Of a stretch of DNA of 57,283 nt, positions 18,460 to 26,828 are shown piece after piece. The DNA lies in contig JACQTJ010000098.1 in NCBI GenBank assembly GCA_016210855.1, forward strand, positions 1-57,283. Direction: 5' to 3'. How positions within the stretch are numbered: the stretch's first letter is position 1; each line of letters begins with the position of its first letter. Source of the stretch: Acidobacteriota bacterium. Its GTDB lineage: Bacteria > Acidobacteriota > Terriglobia > Acidiferrales > 2-02-FULL-67-57. The position numbers were made by a program, and so were the translations under genes. Under the pieces are notes generated by a model, which worked only from the letters and a program-made list of their open reading frames with translations, had not been told where the DNA came from and did no database searches.

Positions 18460-20651
18460 AAGCCGGGGGAATGGGCGAAATAGAGGCGGAAGGGCTCGAA
18501 GGCCTGGCGGAGCAGCTCCAGGTATTTTTCTCGGTCGTAGCTCGAGAAGCCGTTGAGCAGGGTAAAGGGCCGGGCGCGCTCGGTGGGCAGAGCGGCGTCA
18601 GCCTGGGTGATGACGTATTCGATGGCTTCACCCGGGCGCAGCTGGACCCCGCAGGCTTCGAGCGCCTGCGCCGCCACCGCCACCAGGCTGGCTTTCTGGT
18701 AATCGCCTGGCGCCTGGGTCAGGCGCTTGCGGATGATGAGCTCCTCCCAGCTCACTTTCCCCGCCCGCAGCCGCTCCTCGAAGCGGGCCAGGACTTCAGC
18801 GGCCTCGGCGAGCTTCTGCCGGTAGGAGTTGGCGTCGTGGGCCTCGGCGAACAGCCGGAGCACTTCCTCCTGCATGCGGGCAACCAGCGGAGGCGCGTCG
18901 TGCCGGCGCACCTCGAGGCCGCGCACTTTGATGCGGTTGCTTCCGGCAAACACCCCGAAGTAGCGGTTGGGCACGGACACGGCGGCGTTCTGTCGGGAGG
19001 GCAGGAAGACGATGTACTTGTACACGCCTTCCAGGGCTACGGGCAGGTCGGTGGCGGCCTCGATGGCCCGGGCCAGCTCTTCGTAGTCCTGGCGGGTGGC
19101 CCCCGGCTTCTCGACCCAGAGCGAATCCACGATGGCGTGCAGCAGGCGGAAGCCGGCCCGCTCGCTGACTTCCTTCGCCACCAGCAGCTTTTCCCGCCCG
19201 AAAGCGTTGATGGCTTCGTGGGCCTCGATGCGGCCGAAGCGAGCGTTCTTGTAGCCGAGGTAGCCGAAACAGGTGACCAGCAGCCACTTCAAGGCGTTCT
19301 GGCGGTCGTCGTAGCGGCGGCGCTCGCTTTCCTCTCTCGCCTCGTGCATGAGTTGCTTGTAGCGGGCGCGCTTTTCGATGATGGGCGCGACCGTCTGCGG
19401 CACCAGGCCCCGGCGCCGTCGGCAAATCCCGTAGCCGATCTCCGGCACCCGGGCCGGGCAGCCGCAACGGCAGTTGACGGTCTCGGGGGAGACGTTGAAG
19501 CGCGCCATGATGCTGGGGAACATGGAGGCGAAGTCGAGTTCCCCCACGTTTTCGTGGAAGCCCAGGATGGGCTTGAAGACCAGGCCGCCGCGGTCGGTGA
19601 GCAGCAGCTGGCGAGCGGTTTTGAACTCCTCCGGCTCGCGCTTCTGCCAGGGGATAAGGATGTGCTGGCGGCAGGCGAGGTCGAGCTGCATAGAGGTGAT
19701 GCCAGTGCCGGTCGAGGTGCGAGCCATGTACTGCAGGGGGAGCTTGGTCAAGCGCGAGAGCTCGAACAGCCCCTCCAGGTTGGTCTCGCCCACGGCGAAA
19801 GAATTTTTGCGGTCAATGTGCAGCCGGCCGAACAGGGTGGTCGAGCTGTCCTTGAAGACAATGCGCCCGTAGGAGAAATACGACCGGGCCCGCTTGTGGT
19901 GGGCGGCGCAGGCGGGGTCGCGGTTCAGGGGCAGCGGACAGTCCAGGCGCTCGGCTGCCTGGAGCAGGCGCGGCAGCAGGAACGAGTCGCCCCAGTCGGT
20001 GAGCAGGATATCGGGGTCGTCCTGGCGGAGCCGCCGGGCGAGGGCCGCCAGCAGTTCCCGCGGGTCGTCTTCGGTGAGCACTTCGACGCGGTCTTCCACG
20101 CACACTTCAAGCCCGCCGCGGTGGCCGTGCTGGGGAGTGATGGATTCGCCCTCGAGCCGCCACTCCATCACCGTGAGCGGCGGCAGTTCGTACTGCGTGG
20201 CCCAGGGGTCGTCCTCGACCCTGAGCGCGCGCACCCGGTCGGCCTCGTCCACCTCGAGTGCGCAGCGGGCCAGCGGGAAGACGCCTTTCTCGTAGGCATA
20301 GAGCGCGGGCAAGGAAATGTCGCAGTTGAACAGCTCTGCCCGCGGTGCCTGGCGGTGCACCCAGCGGGCCACGGCCGCAAACTGCACCGGGCGCCGGACG
20401 CCCACCTCGAGGACCGTCTGCCAGACGCCGCTCCAGAGGTCCTGTCGCTCCACCCAGTCGAGCCGCACCGGGAACTCGGCGGCCAGCCGGGGGGTGAGCT
20501 GGGCGATCTTGTCGAGCGGGCCGCCCACGTAGAAGCAGGGCGTGAAGTCCGTGTCCACGAGGCGCCGGCGGCGCCCGGCGGCCTCAATCGTCCACAGCAC
20601 CATCCCCTCGGGGCTCGGGTAAAGATCGAGCAGCCAGGTTTCGACCCGCAT
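18450..20651 (-). CDS. family-B DNA polymerase, archaeal-PolB-like, exonuclease motifs degenerate (733 aa)
   Basis: Motif A [11 protein letters not shown]. Motif B region [22 protein letters not shown]. Motif C region [11 protein letters not shown]. N-terminus [16 protein letters not shown] resembles the archaeal PolB N-terminus. Start set at the ATG at 20651, which has a GGAGG SD. Confidence 0.85.
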   Translation of the reverse strand: [733 protein letters not shown]

Positions 20652-20907
20652 CAGTAGCCTCCAGACTTCGTAGCCGTGCCGCGAGAGCGCGAATCTCTTT
20701 TTGCTGCTCCAGGAGCAGCGACAGAAAAACAGCGTCGAGCGGATCCCAGGGCGTCTCGAAAGAGCCCGCGGCGGCGTAGTACTTGACCCGCGCAAACAGC
20801 TCGTCAAGCACCTGCTGGTCTTCGCGGCGCAGGGCGCGCCGGTACTTGGCGAAGCGCGCCTGGGTCTGCTCGATCAGCTGGTGAAAAGTCGCGACCGTGC
20901 GTCCCAT
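20584..20907 (-). CDS. hypothetical helical protein (107 aa), middle gene of the polymerase operon
   Basis: ATG at 20907 preceded by GGGAGGTGG. Reads MGRTVATFHQLIEQTQARFAKYRRALRREDQQVLDELF... with helix-like periodicity. No family recognised. Confidence 0.6.
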   Translation of the reverse strand: MGRTVATFHQLIEQTQARFAKYRRALRREDQQVLDELFARVKYYAAAGSFETPWDPLDAVFLSLLLEQQKEIRALAARLRSLEATDAGRNLAARSLPEPRGDGAVDD

Positions 20908-21523
20908 GCTCCACCTCCCTGGTCTTCGCTTCGCGCAGACACAGCCCTGCCGGGCTCTCCTCCAGGCGATAGGCTTCGGTGGCCTGCCGCTCGAGCTCCC
21001 CGCGCAGCCAGGTGCCCAGCGGACTCAGGCGCGGCGGTGCGTCGGAGAAAATCAGCGCCGTCAGGCCTTGCTCGGGCCAGCGCCGCAGCTCGTCCAAGCT
21101 GCGGGTGAAAGCCGCCTTGGCCTCGGCGGCCGGCAATTCCTCGTCGTCGAAGATGTCCGGCATGCCGGCCACCACCACCCGCCGGGCTCGAAAGCGCCGA
21201 GCGGCGGCCGGGGTGCGCTCGATGAGCTCGGCCAACTGGAAGCAGGTAAAGGCGCGGGAGATGCGCACTCGCCCGAGAAACTGCGCCGGCGGACGTCGGC
21301 ACTGTTCGGCGAAGACCACCAGCCGGTAGGGGTTGAAGCAGTTGGCCGCGTCCAGGAATAACACCACTTCCCCACGCAGGAGCGGCGCTGCCAGGAAATA
21401 ATGCGACAGGCGCGAGCTTTCCGGGTGCCCGGAGAGCACAAACAGGCCAGGGCGGCTTGAAAGCGTCCCGAGCAGGCAGCGGGCCGGGCCGGTGAAAGCC
21501 GGGGCCGGAACAGGCAGTGACAT
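20804..21523 (-). CDS. RadA/Rad51/RecA-fold protein lacking the Walker A lysine (ImuA-like logic)
   Basis: Core strands VVLFLDAANCFNPYRL, RVRISRAFTCFQLAELIE and RVVVAGMPDIFDDE resemble the RadA/Rad51 core. The P-loop position reads SGHPESSRLS. Start set at the ATG at 21523 (MSLPVPAP) behind GAGGTGG and a consensus promoter. Confidence 0.6.
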   Translation of the reverse strand: MSLPVPAPAFTGPARCLLGTLSSRPGLFVLSGHPESSRLSHYFLAAPLLRGEVVLFLDAANCFNPYRLVVFAEQCRRPPAQFLGRVRISRAFTCFQLAELIERTPAAARRFRARRVVVAGMPDIFDDEELPAAEAKAAFTRSLDELRRWPEQGLTALIFSDAPPRLSPLGTWLRGELERQATEAYRLEESPAGLCLREAKTREVEHGTHGRDFSPADRADPGALRQVPARPAPRRPAGA

Positions 21524-21540
21524 TGACCACCTCGAGGGGA

Positions 21541-21569
21541 TAATAGGCGAATAAAAAGCGAAAGTCAAG
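21541..21569 (-). promoter_or_regulatory. near-consensus sigma70 promoter of the RadA-like/PolB operon
   Basis: Minus strand has TTGACT (21569..21564), a 17-nt spacer TTCGCTTTTTATTCGCC, then TATTAT (21546..21541). The spacer contains the direct repeat TTCGC-N6-TTCGC. Confidence 0.65.
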
Positions 21570-21583
21570 CCCCCCGCAAATCT

Positions 21584-21612
21584 TGCATCTCCTGGGCGTT
21601 GGTGCTAGGATG
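21584..21612 (+). promoter_or_regulatory. sigma70-type promoter of the DnaQ-like exonuclease gene
   Basis: TTGCAT (21584..21589), a 17-nt spacer, then TAGGAT (21607..21612), 20 nt before the ATG at 21633. Confidence 0.55.
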
Positions 21613-21632
21613 GCCCGACTTTTGGGCTCCGG

Positions 21633-22472
21633 ATGAACTTGCGTCGCTATAAGAACCTCGTCCCTGACTCCCCCCTGCACCGCCAGCTTGAGAGCCTGCT
21701 GCTCGCCAATGGCGGCCGGGTGTCCGCGGCCACGGTTTGCGAAGAGGTTCTGCTGCTGTCCGGCACCGACTCGAGCCTGGCCAAGGTGCTCGTGCAGGGC
21801 CTGATCGAAGACGACCCCCGCCTGCGAGTCTCGGACGGCGGCGTGGAGTGGGTCGAGCCGAGGCATGAGACCTGGCGGGCCTGCCGGTGCTTTGTGGTGG
21901 TGGACGTCGAGACCACCAACGGCGGCCGGGGCGAGCAGCACATCATGGAGATCGGGGTGTGCAGGGTCGAGGACGGGCGCCTGGAGCGGGAGTGGTCGTC
22001 GCTGGTTAACCCCGGCCGGCCGATTCCCTACTGGGTGCAGCAGCTCACCGGGATCACCGACGCCACCGTGCGGACGGCGCCGCCCTTCGAGGAAATCGTC
22101 CCGCGGTTGCTCGAGGAGCTGGAAGAAGCCATCCTGGTCGGCCACCACGCTCGCTTCGATATTGGCTGCCTGAACGCCGAGTTTGGCCGCTTGCTCGGCA
22201 AACGCCTGGGGAACCCGTACCTGTGCACCGCCGAGCTGGCACGGCGGTTCCTCCCCGGCAGCGAGAACTATCGGCTCCAAACCTTGAGCCAGTGGCTGCG
22301 TCTAACCCACGAGCGGCCCCACCGGGCCGGCTCGGACGCCCGGGCGACAGCCGAGCTGTTCTGCCATCTGCTGGCCAGGGGCGAGCTTCCCTGGGGCGAC
22401 TACCTGCGGCCGCGGGTGAGCCCGCCGCCCGGGCAGAAGATAAGTGAAACGAATTCCCCGGCCTTTTCGTAA
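21633..22472 (+). CDS. DEDDh 3'-5' exonuclease (DnaQ/epsilon-like) with an ~85-aa N-terminal extension
   Basis: Exo I VVVDVETTN, Exo II GHHARFDIGCL and Exo III HRAGSDARATAELF are all intact. The N-terminal 85 aa is a separate small domain. Confidence 0.85.
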   Translation: MNLRRYKNLVPDSPLHRQLESLLLANGGRVSAATVCEEVLLLSGTDSSLAKVLVQGLIEDDPRLRVSDGGVEWVEPRHETWRACRCFVVVDVETTNGGRGEQHIMEIGVCRVEDGRLEREWSSLVNPGRPIPYWVQQLTGITDATVRTAPPFEEIVPRLLEELEEAILVGHHARFDIGCLNAEFGRLLGKRLGNPYLCTAELARRFLPGSENYRLQTLSQWLRLTHERPHRAGSDARATAELFCHLLARGELPWGDYLRPRVSPPPGQKISETNSPAFS

Positions 22473-22530
22473 CTTGGTACAGTCCGAAGCGTCGGACTCA
22501 CGGACTGATCTTCAGGTGAGGAGTGCAACC

Positions 22531-24354
22531 ATGTCGATTCTTTCTTGGCGTCGTGGAGGTGTGAGCCTGCTGCTCGGGCTCGGGTTGGTGGGAGGGCCAG
22601 CGGGCGTGCAGGCGCAGACGTTTGATTACAGCCAGGGGCATTCCCACATCCCGTATTTGTACCGCCCCTACACGCCCCCGCCGGTTCCCCAGCCCACGCT
22701 GGCGAACTCGCCACGTGTAAACGACCTTATCCGCCAGGGCAAGCTCTATCTTTCGCTCCAGGACACCATCTACCTCGCCCTCGAGAACAACCTGGATATC
22801 GCCGTGGCTCGCTATGAGCCCTTCATCGCCGCCAGCGAACTGCTGCGCGCCCGCGGCGGCTTCGTCACCGGGACCGGGATTGGTCCCTTCGGGGTGAGCG
22901 GCGCCGCCCTCGATGGTCGTGTGAGCAGCAACCTCTGGATCGAGCGCAGCCGCTTCCCCCTGAACAACCCGTTTTTGACCGGCGCGGGCACGCTGGCCGC
23001 CCCCAAGTTCAACCGCAACCTGGCGACGGGGGATTTCTCCTACACGCAGGGGTTCACCACCGGCACCGCCTTCCGCATCGGCTATGAGAGCCAGCGCAGC
23101 TTCACCAACCCCAGCGGAAACTTGTTTAACCACAACATCCAGACGGGCCTCTCCGTGGCAGTTTCGCAGCCGCTGACCAACGGCTTCGGGTTTGCCCAGA
23201 ATGCCCGGGCTATCCGCGTGGCCAAGAACAACCGCCAGATCAGCGACCAGACCTTCGCCCAGCAGGTGATGGACATCGTCTCCCGGGTCAAGACGGCCTA
23301 CTGGGAGCTGATCTTCGCCCGCGAAGACGTCAAGGTGAAGGAGCAGTCGCTGGCCCTGGCCGAAAAGCTCTACCGGGACAACAAGCGCCAGGTCGAGATC
23401 GGCACCCTGGCCCCCATCGAAGTGGTGCGCGCCGAGTCAGAAGTGGCCCGCACCCGCCAGGACCTGATCGTGTCCCAGACCAGCCTCCTGCAACAGCAGA
23501 TCGTGATGAAGGACCTGGTCAGCAAGAACCCCACCGAGCCGCTGCTGGCGTTGATCGAGATCGAGCCCACCGACCGCCCCGATATCCCCGACGTGCCGGA
23601 AGTGATTCCGGTCCAGGACGCCATCCAGATCGCCATGGAGCGGCGCCCCGAGGTGATCAGCGCCCAGCTCGACATCCAGAACCGCAACCTGGACACCAAG
23701 GCAGCTCGGAATGCTCTCCTCCCCAGCGTCGAGGCCTTTGCGTTCTACACCGGAGTGGGGCTGTCCGGGCTGGGTCGGTTCTGTGCGGACCCGCGGTTTT
23801 CTGTTTCCTCCTGCCCTGTCCCACCGACGGTCGCAGAAAGTACAGGTCTGGGCCGTTCCGTCACCCGCGCCTGGCAAGGCGACTTCCCCGACTATGGGTT
23901 CGGCATCAACATCAGCCTGCCCATCAAGAACCGCGTGGCCCAGGCGGACGCCGCCCGGGCCGAAATCGCTCAGCGACAGTCGGAGACCCGCTACCGGCGC
24001 ACCGTCAATTCCATCGTCGTCGAGGTGCGCAACGCCCAGATTGCCCTGGAGCAAAACCGGGCCCGGATTGACGCCGCCATCAAGTCCCGGCAGCTGTTTG
24101 AAGAGACCCTGAACGCCGAGGAAAAGAAGTTCCAGCTCGGGGCTTCAACCATCTTCCAGGTCATCCAGGCCCAGCGCGACCTGGCTCAGGCCCGCAGCCT
24201 CGAGGTGCGCGCCCTGGTGGATTTCAAGCGCACCCAGGTGGACTTCGACCGCGCTCTCGGCCGCACCCTCGAGCGCAGTAACATCTCGCTCGACGACGCC
24301 AAGACCGGGGTGGTCACTGCCCGCACCAGCAGCGGCAGCTCCGCGCCGTTCTAG
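22531..24354 (+). CDS. TolC-family outer-membrane efflux protein
   Basis: Start at MSILSWRRGGVSLLLGLGLVGGPAGVQA (signal peptide) with SD GGTGAGGAG. Duplicated helix/beta repeats with typical LSLQDTIYLALENNLDI and Y..L.A motifs. Confidence 0.88.
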   Translation: MSILSWRRGGVSLLLGLGLVGGPAGVQAQTFDYSQGHSHIPYLYRPYTPPPVPQPTLANSPRVNDLIRQGKLYLSLQDTIYLALENNLDIAVARYEPFIAASELLRARGGFVTGTGIGPFGVSGAALDGRVSSNLWIERSRFPLNNPFLTGAGTLAAPKFNRNLATGDFSYTQGFTTGTAFRIGYESQRSFTNPSGNLFNHNIQTGLSVAVSQPLTNGFGFAQNARAIRVAKNNRQISDQTFAQQVMDIVSRVKTAYWELIFAREDVKVKEQSLALAEKLYRDNKRQVEIGTLAPIEVVRAESEVARTRQDLIVSQTSLLQQQIVMKDLVSKNPTEPLLALIEIEPTDRPDIPDVPEVIPVQDAIQIAMERRPEVISAQLDIQNRNLDTKAARNALLPSVEAFAFYTGVGLSGLGRFCADPRFSVSSCPVPPTVAESTGLGRSVTRAWQGDFPDYGFGINISLPIKNRVAQADAARAEIAQRQSETRYRRTVNSIVVEVRNAQIALEQNRARIDAAIKSRQLFEETLNAEEKKFQLGASTIFQVIQAQRDLAQARSLEVRALVDFKRTQVDFDRALGRTLERSNISLDDAKTGVVTARTSSGSSAPF

Positions 24355-24367
24355 GTTCCCTTCCCGA

Positions 24368-24416
24368 CCCCCGAAGGCAGCCGGACCGCACTCCTCCCGG
24401 CGGCCTTCGGGGTTTC
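24368..24416 (+). terminator. rho-independent terminator after the TolC-family gene
   Basis: CCCCCGAAGGC ... GCCTTCGGGG, a 10-bp perfect outer stem followed by TTTCG. Confidence 0.6.
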
Positions 24417-24444
24417 GACTGCTCGACCCCCAGCATTGGTTTGC

Positions 24445-24473
24445 TTGCGTGCCCCAGGCCGCTGCATTATGAT
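24445..24473 (+). promoter_or_regulatory. candidate promoter of the mutase cluster
   Basis: TTGCGT, a 17-nt spacer, then TATGAT, about 30 nt before the icmA ATG. Confidence 0.45.
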
Positions 24474-24505
24474 GAGTCGAGTCTCGGGCGCAGGAGCCGA
24501 CCCCG

Positions 24506-26212
<1,707 letters not shown>

Positions 26213-26245
26213 AAACATCGGCAAGGCTGCGGCTGAGTGTTCCCT

Positions 26246-26386
26246 ATGCGAGGGGAGGCGTGGCTGGCTCCTATCCACGATGCAATTGTGCTAACGTATT
26301 TGCGCCTTTCCGGGGTCAGAGTCGGCTTGCTGATCAACTTCAATGTTGAGGTTCTGAAGGACGGCATTCGGCGCTTTGTCGTTTAG
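26246..26386 (+). pseudogene. C-terminal relic of a GxxExxY-family (PD-(D/E)XK-like) gene
   Basis: The frame reads [46 protein letters not shown]. This matches the conserved C-terminal ~40 aa of GxxExxY proteins (..PIH.AQLLTYLKLSG.KLGLLINFNV..IKDGI.R.V). The N-terminal two-thirds is absent. Confidence 0.75.
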
Positions 26387-26420
26387 AAGATTCACCACAA
26401 AGGACACAGAGGCCCCCAGG

Positions 26421-26825
26421 ATGACCGAGAAGAAGATTCGGGTGCTGATTGCCAAGCCGGGATTGGACGGGCACGACCGCGGTGCCAAGGTCATCGCCCG
26501 CGCCCTGCGCGACGCCGGCATGGAGGTCATCTACACCGGCCTGCGCCAGACCCCGGAGCAAATCGTCAGCGCCGCCGTGCAGGAAGACGTGGATGTCGTC
26601 GGCCTCTCTATCCTCTCCGGCGCTCACATGGTCATCCTGCCGCGGGTACTGGAGCTGCTGCGCGAGAAAGGCGTGGCCGACCAGGTTACTCTCATCGCCG
26701 GCGGCATCATCCCCGACGGGGACATCGAGCTCCTGAAGAAGGCCGGGGTGGCGGAAATCTTCCAGCCCGGGGCCTCTTCGCAGGAGATTATCGACTTCAT
26801 TCAGCAGCGCGTGAAGCAGCACTGA
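26421..26825 (+). CDS. icmB: acyl-CoA mutase small (B12-binding) subunit
   Basis: [34 protein letters not shown] contains the DxHxxG cobalamin-binding motif. Start set at MTEKKIRV (26421). Confidence 0.88.
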   Translation: MTEKKIRVLIAKPGLDGHDRGAKVIARALRDAGMEVIYTGLRQTPEQIVSAAVQEDVDVVGLSILSGAHMVILPRVLELLREKGVADQVTLIAGGIIPDGDIELLKKAGVAEIFQPGASSQEIIDFIQQRVKQH

Positions 26826-26828
26826 CGC

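Noticed and set aside
18471-20657. 728-aa plus-strand ORF
   Set aside because: It is antisense to the family-B polymerase gene. There are no motifs, and the polymerase frame carries conserved motifs A, B and C.
20652-20807. 52-codon N-terminal extension of the PolB ORF
   Set aside because: The archaeal-PolB-like N-terminus begins at MRVETWLLD, which has its own GGAGG SD. The extension overlaps the 107-aa gene and looks non-coding (Ser/Arg/Cys-rich).
20874-22280. 468-aa minus-strand ORF spanning the divergent promoter region
   Set aside because: It runs antisense through the DnaQ-like gene and across two near-consensus promoters. It has no domain, and both real genes have motifs and SD sequences.
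18450-22472. Casposon, pipolin, polinton-like or prophage origin for the PolB locus
   Set aside because: - No Cas1, integrase, terminal-protein gene, terminal inverted repeats or att-like duplication was seen.
- The flanks are housekeeping genes, and base composition is not distinct.
- The PolB looks like the RNA/DNA-primed archaeal type (KxxxNSxYG-like motif B context) rather than the protein-primed or primer-independent type.
- Ancient horizontal acquisition cannot be excluded.
24355-24505. Possible cobalamin riboswitch upstream of the B12-dependent mutase
   Set aside because: The region is only about 150 nt. It is accounted for by a terminator hairpin and a promoter-like TTGCGT-17-TATGAT, and I could not find the conserved B12-box core by eye. 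A covariance-model scan would be decisive.
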